From Mobula hypostoma (taxonomy: Eukaryota): a DNA stretch of 64,000 bases. Below, one piece after another: positions 49,036-62,274 of this stretch. Each line of letters begins with the position of its first letter. Position 1 is the first letter of the stretch. The notes under the pieces are model-generated. The model was not told the origin of the DNA and did no database searches. It saw only the letters and a program-made list of their open reading frames with translations. Made by a program: the position numbers and the translations under genes. The stretch spans positions 10,604,001-10,668,000 of the forward strand of contig NC_086101.1 in assembly GCF_963921235.1 (NCBI RefSeq), read 5' to 3'.

Positions 49036-50248
49036 CCCAACATGTTGGTCATGACAAACGTTGTGTCACAGGAGGTACAGAGTTAACATGAGAAGGATTG
49101 TGAGGGAAGCCGTGGCCTGATGAAGAAACACAGATGCGAATCCAGGAAGTTAGTTAGTTACTACTGGGGTAATTACTCATGTACCTCAAACCAAAAGCAA
49201 CACAGCAGCTCATATAGTATTATTGGTTCGCAGATTAAAGGACTAAGTTGTAATCCTGACCACAAGCCTTGTTTGTGGAATTTACACATTTTCTCTGTGA
49301 CTGGCTAGGATTTCCCTGTCTGCTTAGTTTCCTCATGCATCCCATAAACTCTCAGATTGGTAGGCTAATTGGTTGCTGTAAATACTCTAATGACCAGAGG
49401 AACATTTGGGGAGTTCATGTGAACGTGAGGAGCATAAAATGAAAGCGGCAAGGAGTAATATCAGTGGGTGTTTGGTGTTAACACAAATTTTGTGGACCAA
49501 CTGGCTTGTTTCCATCCTACTCCATTTTGTAAATCTATCACAGTAATTAAAATATGCTATTTATAAAAGGATCTAGTTTTTTCATGGAAAATATGATGAA
49601 ACAACTATCCACACATGAGGATACAGGAATCTCAAACTTCCTGACAGCACCTCACCGACATTTCCCAGCTACAATTCCCATTGGACTTGTCCAGCGATGG
49701 GCAGAGTGTTGTTGATGTTTCATAGCTGTTTTACTGGGGAATCTTCTGGAACAACTGTGTTAAACCAGTACATGAACAATATTTTACTAATATGATACTG
49801 TGATAATTGTACCTTTATCTTACTGAACATTATACTTTTCTGGAGTATGTACATAAATTTTACTAATCTTATTATTAAAATATTTTAAATGATTTCACCA
49901 TATTAATACAAGTTAGTTCATTCAAGATGTTCCCTACATTTCTAAAGGGAAGTGGGGGCTCAGTGCTGAACCTGGTGATCCTTTGCCCAGTAACTTGTTC
50001 CCACCTTGTGTGGAGAGGCCAAGGACATTTTTTCTCAGGTTACTGGGAGTGGGGTTGGTGAACATTGGTGCTGAGGACAGTGGGGGAGGGAATGCTCACA
50101 GCTTCCCACCAATGATGGGACTAACATCTCTCTCTCTCCCCTCCCTCACTCCACCACTAGCCCCCTCTCCCTCCCCACAACCCCTCTCACTCTCCCCACA
50201 ACCCCTCTCCCCCTCCCAGCTTGTCAGCCCCTCGACTCTTCTGCTAAG

Positions 50249-50306
50249 ATGAGAGGGATTCACTGCACTCTGCTGTTACTGAACGGGATTGTCATCTCAC
50301 TCCAGG
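50249..50306 (+). CDS. Leader (signal-peptide) exon of the butyrophilin-like gene
   Basis: aagATG then MRGIHCTLLLLNGIVISLQ+G, with donor G|GTAATT in phase 1, matching the IgV exon acceptor. Preceded by a pyrimidine tract and CAG at 50217-50219 or 50225-50227. Confidence 0.75.
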
Positions 50307-52294
50307 GTAATTATCACAAAATCTTGTTTGATTATGTTTCTTTATCTCTCTGTGTAGTACACATGGAATCAGAAGATAAAGCCTCTTATATTTATAACTT
50401 ATGAAATTATCCATTGTACTAAATTGCAATCAATGAATGTTCTATTCCTATCCTTGAAAGTGAGATGATTGATATTCGTGATTACAAAAAAGTTTTAAGT
50501 GCCTCTTATTTGGTTAGAAACTACAAATTGCTGACTTTTATGTGTATTAATTTGTAAGATGGATGAAATGTATGAGAGCATTGATTTTAGTTTTGGTTTG
50601 TATCTAATAAAACTTCCACAATCACTTCTGCTACAACTCCCATGAAAAATACAGGATAACTAATAAACATCTAAACCCACACACACAATTCTGTGAATGC
50701 TGGAAATCTAGAGTAAAACAGCAAATGCTAGAGAAATTCTGACAGGTCAGACAGCATCTATGGAGAAGAATTAGAAATCACTATTTCGGGCTGAGACCAT
50801 TCATCAGGCCTCCAGTGGTCCTGGATTCTTACGATTCCTTGCTCAGCTTTTCCCTTTTTCCAGCATTGCATTTGGTGGCTCAGACACACACTGTATGGGA
50901 ATTCCTTCCCCAGCAGTGTCTGAATGGTGGAACACCCTCCCCAGCAACACTGCGAGACATTCACCAGAAGTAACGGGGCAGTTCAAGGAAGCAAAACATC
51001 ACCATATCCTCCAGAATAATTGATGCACCAACTTCGTAAACTGAGAAAGCAAAGTTTGGTTTGCATCCAGCAATATTTATGAGGCCAGTCTATCACTAGG
51101 CTCTGTGCCAAGGTCATGGCGTATAAATGATATGATACCTGTGAATGAATGTTAAACAGGCCGTGAACAGCAAGTCAGGAACATCGTGTTCAAATGCCCT
51201 TTACTGTAGAATCTGCATATTTTGGGTTCTGTGCACCTGAATGTCGACCTTCCATCCAAAAGCTTTTCCTCAGTGCACTCTGCCTTTAGAGAACACTGTA
51301 GGTTTTCACAATAAAAATGGTGAATGCATTTTATGCTTAAGAAAAGCCATAGCATCTCATTTATTATACCCCAAATGCTGAACACAAAGAGCGATAAAAA
51401 AATAAAAACAACTTTATGTAATTACATCAGACCAGCCTCTTAAGGTGGAACTCCAAGTCAATGTTGGTGGCTATGAATTATTTCTTTCCACTAATTACTT
51501 TACCCTACACCAACCACCCCCCCCCCCCACCCGCCCGCAAATTGACTAAAACCGGCATTGGGAACCTGTCTGGAGTTTGGACGAGCTGCCCAGCTCAGGT
51601 TCTGTGTTCCATGGGAGGAGGAACAGCAGGTGCCTCGGCTCCTCCAGAGGAGTGTTGACACACTCACGGTCACGTCGTGATGCCAGGGGATTGTAGCGTA
51701 ATCTTTCAAATCCTGGTGCAGGTTTGCTCCTCTTATATGTGATGAAAAGTGTTTTCTCCACATTCCAAAATGCAGAATAGGCCATCGTGAGGAGGCCTAA
51801 GGGGATGTTGGTGTGCATCATAGAGGACAAAAACAAACGAGGTGGAATGGAGGTCAACAGAGATCCAAGCGTGCTATACACCATGACGGGAGATAGGAAT
51901 AGGTGGAAAAGAATTGAATTTACTGAGGAGGTGGAACACTGTTGAATGGTCGACAAGGCAGTCATCATGTCAGGAATGAAATTACCTGGTTCTCGTAATG
52001 GCTGCCCTTATACCAACAGCCACAGGTGACTGCAGGTCCTCTTCTGGAGTTGTTCTGAGCCCCAGGAGGGCACACGAGAGATGATCATGCCAACATGCAT
52101 AAGTTAGGGAATCCCTCTGACAGTCTTTAAGGAGCAGTGAAACCAATCACATAGGACATTGGAGTGGGAGGAACCATCCCTGCTAAATTCCAGAGTGTGT
52201 TGGTGACTTGTCATCAGGAACTTGCATCTACCTAATTCTGCTATATATCTCCAAACAATTAATCACAGGAAAAGCATCACATAGATATGTACAG

Positions 52295-55200
52295 CAGCTT
52301 TTCTCAACCCTTTTGCACTGGAGAAATAGTTGAAATAATTTTTAGGTCCCTCGGAACCTCTGCATAAAAGTTATTACATCTAGAGCTCACGGTACGTTAG
52401 CGTGATCAGTAAGTTGTAGATATAATCATCCAAAAATAATTAGAGTGGGAAATGAAAGTTTAACCGGCTTTTCTTGAAAAAAATAATGCTTAAGCTTAGC
52501 TTACCTTTCTTGAAATTAATCTCTTTCTTTCCCTTTAAATTAAAAAAAATCGTAAGACAAACATAATAAATTTGTCATTACTGAGTCAAACTTGAGATAA
52601 GCACACACAGATTTCATCTTCCACTGAAATAAGATAATTTCTATCCTTGCTCGTGTTGCTTGTTAAACAAGAAAAAGCTTGAAGTTGAAGTACGAAGTTG
52701 AAAACTGCCTCAAAATGTTCATTGCTTTCCAATGAATGGCTGTATACTCTTCTTTCACTGATCAAGATACCTGCATGGTGTATGCACCCCTCGCCCCAGG
52801 TGCCAGAGTACGGGATGTCTCCGATCAGGTGCAGAGTATTCTGAAGGGAGAGGGTGAACAGCCAGAAGTCTTGGTACAAGTTGGTACCAGTGACATAGGT
52901 AGTAAAAGGGAGGAGGTCCTGAACAGGGAATTCGGGGATTTGGGTAGAAAGTTGAAAAGCAGGACCTTCAGGGTAATAATCTAAGGATTCCTGACTATGC
53001 CACATGCTAATGCGCACAAGAATAACATGACCAGGCATAGTAATGCGTGGCTGAGAGACTGCTGTAGGGGGCAGAGCTTCCGGTTCCTGGATTACTGGGG
53101 CCTCTTCTGGGGTATGTACGACCTGTAAAAAATGGACGAGTTACACATGAACACAAAGGGGTCCAATATCCTAGCAGGCAGGTTTAATAGAGCTGTTAGT
53201 GAGGGTTTAAACGAATTTGGCAGGGGGATGGAAGCTGGAGGGATAGGGCTGTGGAAGGGGAAAACAGAAATAAATCAAAGACAGCGTGCAACAGAGATGA
53301 TAGAAAGGACAGCCAGGAGATGAGGCATAATCACAGCCACTGGGATGATTTACAGGGCAATAGAGATGTGGTGCACTTAAAACAGAAAGCAACAAATACT
53401 GAACTGAAAGTGTTGTATTTGAATGCAAGCAGCATAAGAAATAAAATGGACGATCTTGAAATTCAGCTGCAGATTGGCAAGTATAACGTTGTGGCCATCT
53501 CTGAAACTTGGCTAATGGATGGCTGCCATTGGGAGCTGATCTTCCAGGAATATACAGTGTATCCAAAAGATAGGTTAGTAGGCTGAGTGGGTGGTGTGGC
53601 TCTGTGTATAAGAAATAATATTAAACATTGGAAAGAGATGACATAGATCGGAAGGTGTGGAGTCTCTATGAGTTGAGTTAAGAACTGGCAAGGGAAAAAG
53701 GACCCTAATGGCAGTTGTATACAGGGCTCCAAACAGCAGCCAGGATAAGGATTACAAATTACAGCAGGAGATAGAAAAAGTGAGTCAAAAGGGCAATGTC
53801 ATGATAATCGTTGGGGATTTTAACAGGAAAGTGGATTGGGAAAACCAGATCAGTACTGGACCTCAAGAGAGAGAATTTGTAGAATATCTAAGGGATGGCT
53901 TTTTAGAACAGCTCATTGTTGAGCCCACTAGGCTTGCTGGATTGGGTGTTGTGCAATGATCCAGAGGTGATAAGAGAGCTTAAGGTTAAGGAACCATTAT
54001 GGAACAGTGATCACAATATAATCTAGTTCACTTTGAAATTTGAGAAGGAGAATGTAATTCCAATGTGTCGATATTTCAGTGGAATAAAGAAAATTACAAT
54101 GACAGGAGAGGGGATCTGGCCAAAGTTGACTGGAAATGGACACTAGTAGGAAGGACAGCAGAGCAGCAATGGCTGGAGTTTCTGTGAAAAATGAGGGTAA
54201 TATAACACAGATATATTCCAAATAAGAAGAAACTGTTGAATGGAAGAAGGACACTACCGTGTCTGACAAGTGAAGTCAGAGCGAAAGTAAAAGCAAAAAA
54301 GAGGGCATACAAGGAAGCCAAAGCCAGTGGGAAGATAGATAATTGGGAAGCTTTTAAAAACTTGCAGAAGGAAACGAGGAAGGTCGTTAGGAAGGAGAAG
54401 ATGAATTATGAAAGGAAGCTGGTGACTAATATCAAAGAAGATACTTAAAGCATTTTTAAGTATATAAAGGGCTAAAGAGAGTTGAGGCTCGATATGGGAC
54501 CAACAGAAAATGACGCTGGAGATATTGTAATGAGAGACGCAGAAATGGCAGAGGAGCTGAATAGGTATTTTCCATTAGTCTTCAGAGTGGAAGACTTCTG
54601 CAGTATACCGGCCATTCAAGAGTGTCAGGGAAGTGAAGTATGTGCAGTGAAAGTTACGACTGAGAAGGTGCTCAGGAAGCTGAATAGTCTGAGGGTGGAT
54701 AAATCTCCTGGACCTGATGGAATGCACCCTCGGGTTCTGAAGGAAGTAGCTGGAGAGATTGCGGAGGCATTAACAGTGATATTTCAAGAGTCGATAGATT
54801 CTGGCATTGTACCGGAGGACTGGAAAATTGCAAATTTTACTCCACTATTTAAGAAGAATGGGAGGCAGCAGAAAGGAAACTATAGACCTGTTCGCCTGAC
54901 ATCAATGGTTGGGAGGTTATTAGAATCAATTGTTAAGGATAAGATAACGAAGTACCTGGAGGCACATGACAAGATAGGCCAAAGCCAGCATGGTTTCCTG
55001 AAAGGAAAATCTTGCCTGACTAAACAACTGCAATTTTTTGAGGAAATTACAAGCAGGATAGACAAAGGGGATGCAGTAGATGTGGTGTACTTGGATTTTC
55101 AAAAGGCCTTTGACAAGCTGCCGTACATAAGGCGGCTTAGCAAGATACAAGCCAATGGAATTACAGGGAAGTTACTAGCATAGGTGGAGCATTGGCTGAT

Positions 55201-57941
55201 CGGCAGAAAACAGAGAGCTGGAATCAAGGGATCCTATTCTGGCTGGCTGCCGCTTACCTGTGGAGTTCCACAGGGGTCTGTATTGGGACATCCGCTTTTT
55301 CCAATGTATGTTAATGATTTGGACTATGGGATTAATGGGTTTGTGGCTAAATTTGCCGATGATACAAAGATAGGTGGAGGAGCAGGTAGTGTTGAGGAAA
55401 CAGAGAACCTGCAGAGAGACATAGATAGATTAGGGGAATAGGCAAAGAAGAAGCAAATGAAAAACAATTTTGGAAAGTGTATGGTCATGCACGTTGATGG
55501 AAGAAATAAACAAGCAGACTATTATTTAGATGGGGAGAGAATTCAAAATGCAGAAAAGCAAAGAGACTTGGGAGTCCTTGTGGAAAATATCCTAAAGGTT
55601 AACGCCGGGTTGAGTCTGTGGTGAAGAAGGCAAATGCAATGTTGGCATTCATTTCTAGAGGTATAGAATATATGAGCAGGGATGTGAGGTTGAGTTTCTA
55701 TAAGGCACTCGTGAGACTACTCTGGGAGTATTGTGTGCAGTTTTGGGTTCCTTATTTTAGAAAGAGTAGACTGACATTGGAGAGGGTTCAGAAAAGATTC
55801 ACGAGAATGGTTCCAGGAATGAAAGGGTTACCGCATGAAGAACGTCTGGCAGCTCTTCAGCTGCATTCCCAGGAGCTCAGGAGAATTAGGGGAGATCTCA
55901 TGGAAACATTCTAAATGTTAAAAGGCCTGAAAAGTTTAGATATGCTTAAATTATTTCCCTTGGTAGTGGAGTCTAGCACAAAAGGGCACGACTTCAGGAC
56001 TGAAGGATGCCCATTTAGAACAGAGATGTGGATAAATTTCTTCAGTCAGAGGGTGGTGAATTTGTGAAATTTGTTGCCATAAGCAGCTCTGGAGGCCAAG
56101 TCATTGGGTGTATTTAAAGCAGAGATAGATTGGTTCTTGATCAAGTCAAGTCAAGTCGATTTTTATTGTCATTTCGACCATAAACTGTTGGTACAGTACA
56201 CAGTAAAAACAAAATGTTCTTCCAGGAACATGGTGCTACATGAAAGAACACAAAACTACACTAGACTAGGTAACAAAGGGTATGGGGAGAAGGCAGGAGA
56301 GTTGGGATGACTGTAATAATTGGATCAGCCCATGATTGAATGGCGGAGCAGACTTGAAAGGCTGAATGGCCTACTTCTGCTCCTATATCTTATGGCCATA
56401 TGGTCTTAAATCCAGAACTTGTCCAGAGGCAGGTCAGTAAATCTAATCTTAAGCACACAATCAGAGTACAGCTCACAAAGTTCTTCCTCTCAAAGTCAGG
56501 TTCTCAGGCTGAGCAGAAGGTTCAGAGAAAGGTTCCCTCAACCAGTCATAACACTGGTTTTGAAAGGAGGGAAAGTGCTTTTCAATTTTGTTCTGCAGTT
56601 CTTCCAGGTGGTTTTCAATAATACTCGAGACGTTCTGATATCCTTCCACACTCTCAAGCCCAAGCGGGAGTGGAAACAGTTCAAGATTTCCTTTTGCGAC
56701 ATGATTTTTCTAAAGATTCTGTTTTCTTTTAAATCCAAGAATCTAATCTTGTCACTTGAAGTCAAAACATGTTCTCCAGGACATTGCAGAGACTTGTTCA
56801 ACTGGTTCACATGATGAAAAATCTCTGTTAAGTAGGCTAGTTTCTGCAGCCACTCTTCATCTTCAAAGCACTCAGCAAAATCCGGCCTACTATTTTCGAG
56901 AAAGTACAACGGCAATTCACCTTTCAAGTCAAACTCCCTGTTGAAAACTCTTCCACTGCTGAGCCACCCGATTTCTGTATGTAGCTGGAGACTGGTGTGC
57001 TCTTTGTCCAGGATTTCACACAGTTTTTTAAACATTCTCTAGGGAACTGGTCTTAAAGCTACTTAATAACTTGCGACCAGAACTTTTTTACTGACTGTGA
57101 CTTTATTTTCAAAAGATTTAATGTTTTTTTTGAGATTCCAATAGTTGTTTAAAATGATCAACACAATGATGTATCATATGGCTGTTGTTTGCAGTTAAGT
57201 GTCTTTTCAATTTTTCTGGAGCCATTGCTACATTAGTAAGTTATTTGCCACAGACTAGGCACAATGTAATAGGACAACTTGGATCACCAGTCCATATAAA
57301 AAAAACCATTGATCAATAGCTTTCTTTGTAATAACAGACGTTTGTGTGTACACTGTTGCATTAGTGCAGTGAAATGAACAGAAAATTGTAAATCTGGATC
57401 AGTACGCTTATCAGAGCTGTCCGTAAGCCTAGGGTGAGAATTCTCCTTTTCCATCTCACACTTTCTCTTCAAAAATTGCCAAACTGGACTGACTTTAGAA
57501 TGAAAATTTCCCTCAAATTTTCTACGACACTGGTAATTTTGCTTCCATAATTCAGTCAAAGGCACATGAGGGGAAGTTGGGGAGGTAATTCAGGAGGGAG
57601 AAACCAAAATTAGGCAAGTCTACCCAACACTTCAGGCTCCTCATCAGCCTACCGTCCACTCCTCCGTGGCGCTCACCAATTATCAACGGCCTCTCCATCT
57701 CACATCAAAAACTGAGGATGGACTCAACTAAATAAACACAATCCTAATTCACACTGCCATACTGGGCTGAGATTGCTAGCGGGGCTGCTTGGTCACTGTC
57801 CACCACTCTGAGCGCTAGCATCACGAGTGGTGTGAATTTCAAAAAACGATGCTTTTCTTTTAAATCACGATCTCTCACGTAACCCCTAGCAACCTCTCAC
57901 AGAATCCTAGGGTTTCATGGAAGCACAGTTGAGAAACCCTG
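52295..57941 (-). mobile_element. hAT (Charlie/Buster-like) DNA transposon, decayed and split by CR1
   Basis: TIRs CAGCTTTTCTCAAC and GTTGAGAAACCCTG. Transposase LHTEIGWLSSG...WLQKLAYLTEIF..NQLNKSLQ. The C-terminus rejoins across the CR1 (DLPLDKFWI|SVKEEYTAI..KAMNILRQFSTSY). Confidence 0.88.
52767..56405 (+). mobile_element. Near full-length CR1 (esterase-like ORF1 end, APE, RT), multiple stops
   Basis: PGARVRDVS..VGTSDIG, LYLNASSIRNK, SETWL, GDFN, KSPGPDG, FADDTK. A small Rex tail is inserted at about 56141-56270. Confidence 0.93.
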
Positions 57942-58975
57942 ATTTAGTAGGAATGGGTCGGGAGCCACATTTCCCAGTCCACCCATGAAGCCTACTATTT
58001 GATCCAAACTGATCAAACTGTAACCTTCTGCATTCCTTCAGCAAGTGTTCTCTGGTTGAAGTACTTGGCTCAGGGTGACGAGCTCCAAACACTTCAATAC
58101 ATCGGGGAGGGTTGGCATGACATTCCAGGAAGCAGTCACACCCTTAAATTACCGTTACTGAATTGGTGAATGATCAGGGACAGGAAGAGATGGGAAGAGG
58201 TATCTAGCGGAACATCAGCCTGTGTGCACAGGAGAAGGAAGACTGCAAGTGTCGGAGATAACGTGGATCTGGATCAGCTGGCAAACAGAGGGCATCAGTG
58301 TTTTATTTCTGTTTGGCATGATGCCAGGAGTGATGTTTGATAGGGAGTAGTGATGGAGCCTTAGCTTTTTAAAATTTATGTTAAAAATAAATGATGACTG
58401 GACAATGTCAATACAGAGTTGCTACTTCAACTCTCAAATGTTGGTCTTTGAGCACCTGCAATGCAAAAAACGTTCCACGCGTCATTTTTTTTTCATAATT
58501 TGGGCTTTCCTGTCCAGCTTCTGCCTGGCTGGATTTTATACACAGATTTCAGTGCTCAGTTCCACCCATATCATTACTGTCCCTCAGACCTAAACCATCC
58601 CTTTCTTCTTGCTGGTTGGGTGGGTTCTGGTGGAGAAGTTGCGTGAAGTTACTTTCCACCCCCGTGCTCTGTGGGATGCCCAAACTATTTTGATTGTTAG
58701 AGGAGCTGGGGGTCGGGGGTGGGGTAGAAGCAGGGGAAGAACCAAATTTTTTGATGTTATAATAATAATCCGTCGTAAATTTATGTAAAAACTTGTGTTA
58801 AAACCACCTACCCATTTCAATTTGATGGTATGCGATCAAAATCTTAATACTTGTTGAGATTATTTTCTTTTGAGTTCACAGTCCTGGTTGTGTTGTAGTT
58901 TGAACTGTATATTGGGTAACAAGTTCCTCATTAACGTTAAGTATCGGTTCCTTGTCTATAATTATTTTTCTCCAG

Positions 58976-59323
58976 GTGATTTTATCCTACTTGTACCTGA
59001 TGAACCCTTTGTAGCAATTGCAGGTGAAGATGTTGTACTGGAATGTCAGCTGTTCCCACCAACCTCTGCCAGCAACATGACAGTGCAGTGGCTGAAATCA
59101 GGTCTCAGCTCACCCATCCACGTGTACAGACATGGACAAGATGATCCCCTCGCTAAACACCAGGATTACAGAGGAAGGACAGAACTGTTTAAAGGTGAAA
59201 TTTTCAAAGGAAACATTTCCCTCAGAATAAAGAACATAAGGCCAGACGATGAAGGGCGATATACATGTTCAGTTGAAGACGGAACTGACTTCAAACAATC
59301 TGCAGTTGAACTGCACGTTCAAA
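58976..59323 (+). CDS. IgV exon of a butyrophilin/B7-family (BTN/BTNL/MOG-like) gene
   Basis: Acceptor ttttctccag|GT, donor A|gtgagt, 348 nt, phase 1-1, open frame. Motifs GEDVVLEC, MTVQW, PIHVYRHGQD, DYRGRTELF, GNISLRIKNIRPDDEGRYTC. Confidence 0.93.
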
Positions 59324-59814
59324 GTGAGTATTGTTGCCATTTGTACCAAAGTATAGCGGGAAGCTTGTGCTTTGCATGCCTTCCAGATAAACCATTTCAT
59401 ACATGGATATATTGAGGTAGTAAAACGAAAACTGTGTGAAATATAGTGCTATTGTTGCAGAGAAATTACAGTGCAAGTAATTACACAATTACACAGTAAG
59501 ATGTGAGGACTACATTGAGTTAGACTAGGGATACAACTGTTCAAACGGTAGTGAGTGAGAGGTCTGTTCAGGAGTTTGATAACCATGGCATAGAAACTGT
59601 CTTCGGATCTGGTGGTTCATGCTCTCGGGGCTTTGTATCTTCTGCTCAATGGGAGAGGAGAAAAGAGAGAATGACGTGTGGGTGGGGTCTGTGATTGTAT
59701 CGGCTGCTTTCCAAACCCAGTGGGAAGTGTAGACAGAATCAGTGGAAGAGTCTGGTTTGCATGAAGGACCAGGCTTTGTTCACAACTCTTCAGTTTCTTC
59801 TCAAACCTTAGTCA

Positions 59815-61860
59815 CAGAGTCATAGAAAGTCCAACACGGAAACAGGCTCTTTAGCCCATGTAGTCCATGCTCGGCCATTTAAATTGCCTACCCCTATCGA
59901 ATTGCACCGGTATCATAGCCCTCCACATCCTTGCCAACTATGTACAGTACCTAATAGAGCTTCTCTTAAACATTGAAATAGACCTTACATGCGCTGCTTG
60001 TGTTGGCAGCTTGTTTCCATTCTCACAAACCTCTGAGTGAAGAAGTTTGCCCTCATGAGCCCATTAAACTTCTCACCTTTCACCCTTAACTCATGAACTC
60101 TGGTTGCAGACCACCCAACCTCAATGGAAAAAAAGACTACTTGCATTTACCCTATCTATATGCCTCATAATATTGAATCCCTCTGTCAAATCTCCTCTCA
60201 GTCTTCTGCGTTCTAAGAAATAAGGTCCTAACCTATTCAATCTTTCCTTGTAACTCAGATCCTCCAGACCCGGCAACATTCTTGTAAATTTCCTTTGAAC
60301 TCTTTCAAACTTATTTACATCTTGCCTGTAGGTGGGTGTCTGTACACAATGCTCCAAATTATACAACTTCAACATAACAACCCATCTCCTATAATCAAAA
60401 CTTTGATTCATGAAGGTCAATGTGCCAAATTTTTTTTGCTAGTGACCCTATTAACCCATGTCACTGCTTTCAACAAATTACAGACCTGTATTCAGTGTCC
60501 TATCATTCACTGTTTAAGGCCTATCCTGGTTGGTCCTATGAAGAGCTACACTTTGCAGTTTCCTGTATTAAATACCACAAGGCATATTTCATTTCATTTT
60601 TCATTTGCTCCAGATCCCGCTGCAAGCCATGATAGTCTTCCTCATTTTCATTACACCCCCAGTTCTGGTGTTATCTGCCAATTTGCTGATCGAGTTAACC
60701 ACATTATCATCTAGGTCATTGACAGAGATGACAAACAACAACGTACCCAGCACCGATCCCCCTTGCAGTCCACTAGTCACGGGCCTCCAGTCAAAGAGAC
60801 AAAACTCTACTCCCATGCTCTGGCTTCTCCTACAAAGCCAATGTCCAGTTCAATTTACTACCTCATCTTGAATGCCAGGTGACTGAACTGTCTTGACCAA
60901 CCTCCCATGTAGGAGCTTGTCAACCGCCTTACTGAAGTCATTGTAGACAACGTTCACTGCAAATCCAGTTTATACCACTCTGCGCCCCTCCTCCACAGTC
61001 CCCCCCTCCCCCCGTGCCATGTGAAGCACGAGCAAATGTTAGACTACTTCCATCTCCAGTACAGTTCGTCTCTTTTGTGCAGGTCCCACATTCCATAGAA
61101 GAGAGCCCAATAACCCAAACATCTTGTGCCCTTCCTCCTGCACCAAATCCTTCGTCATGTGTTAAAGGGTGTAATCTTCCTATTTTTGTTCTCAATGGCA
61201 TATGGCACGGGGAGCAATCCTGAGGTCATAACCCTGCACGTCCTGCCCTTTAGCTTGGCACCTAACTCCTGATCTCACTTTGCAGAACAGCGGCCCACTT
61301 CCTACATATGTCATTGGTGACTACGTGGACCACAACATCTGGCTGTTGACCATCCCACTTTGGAATGCTGAGGACTCAAACCAAGATGTCCCGGAGCTTG
61401 GCACCCAGGACACAACATACCATTCAGGAATGTTGTTTTCATCCACAGAACCACATTTCCATTCTCCGAAGTAAAGTATCCCCTATCACCACGACTTGCC
61501 TCTTCTACTGCCCCTCCCCCGCCTTCTCATCTGCTAGGTCACCACTCAGCACAGTAACCAAAGTACAGGGGTACTCTTGTACTGGCTTTTTAACCCATTT
61601 CCCCTTCTTGACTATCACCCAGTCTCCTGTGCCGCACCTAGGTTGTAACTACCTCTCTAATTATCCAATCTATCACCCCCTCAGTCTCCCAATTGATCCA
61701 GGGTTCATCTAGTTCCAGCTCCAACTCCTCAACACGGAGTGTTCGAAGCAACAGCTGGATGCTCTTCCCGTAATTGTAGTCGTCAGGGACACTGCAGGAC
61801 CCCCGTCTTTCCACATCCTGTAAGTGGAACATTCAACTATCCTGCCTGGCTTCACTACTG
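59815..61860 (-). mobile_element. Decayed CR1 (ORF1 remnant, RT, 3' end)
   Basis: WRPVTSGLQGGSVLG..KLADNTR and RVQRKFTRMLPGL, with an ORF1 zinc-finger-like remnant near 61700-61830. Confidence 0.85.
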
Positions 61861-62274
61861 TTCCATCTGAGCAAATATAAAGAAGGAAAACAAGTAATAA
61901 TAATAAAACGATAATGGATAGTTAGAGGCTTTTTCCCCCAGGGCTGTAATGGTTGTCACATGTGGACACATGTTTATGGTGCAGGGGAGTAGGTACAGAG
62001 GAGATATCAGGGGTAAACATTTTACTCAGAGAGTGGTGAGTGCCTGGAATGGGCTTCCAACAATGGCTGCTGCACTTGCCTCTGACTTACTTGAGTTTAT
62101 TTTTGTCAATCAGTACTGCTAAAATGGTGCTGCACTGCTCAAAGCTCCAATCTGCCACGAGTCACTGTCTTTTGTACAAACGTACTTAATTGGAGAACCT
62201 GAGTGAACTACCCCTTCTCAGGCTTCGATCTCTGTGATGGAGTTTGCTCAACGTTCCAGGGGCAAGTAGCGAGG

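Noticed and set aside
20892..50306. The two outward-facing leader exons as duplicated paralogs
   Set aside because: No visible sequence similarity and different intron phases (0 versus 1).
51400..52250. Unassigned sequence with a 140-aa minus-strand ORF
   Set aside because: No recognisable domain, splice pattern or terminal repeats; left unannotated.
56538..57035. Domesticated ZBED/FAM200-like gene
   Set aside because: Frameshifted, internally deleted, split by CR1 and bounded by TIRs.
52287..57949. 8-bp TSD for the hAT element
   Set aside because: Flanks ATGTACAG and ATTTAGTA match at only half the positions.
58870..59415. 181-aa ORF as a complete protein
   Set aside because: Only 58976-59323 lies between splice sites; the flanks are intron read-through.
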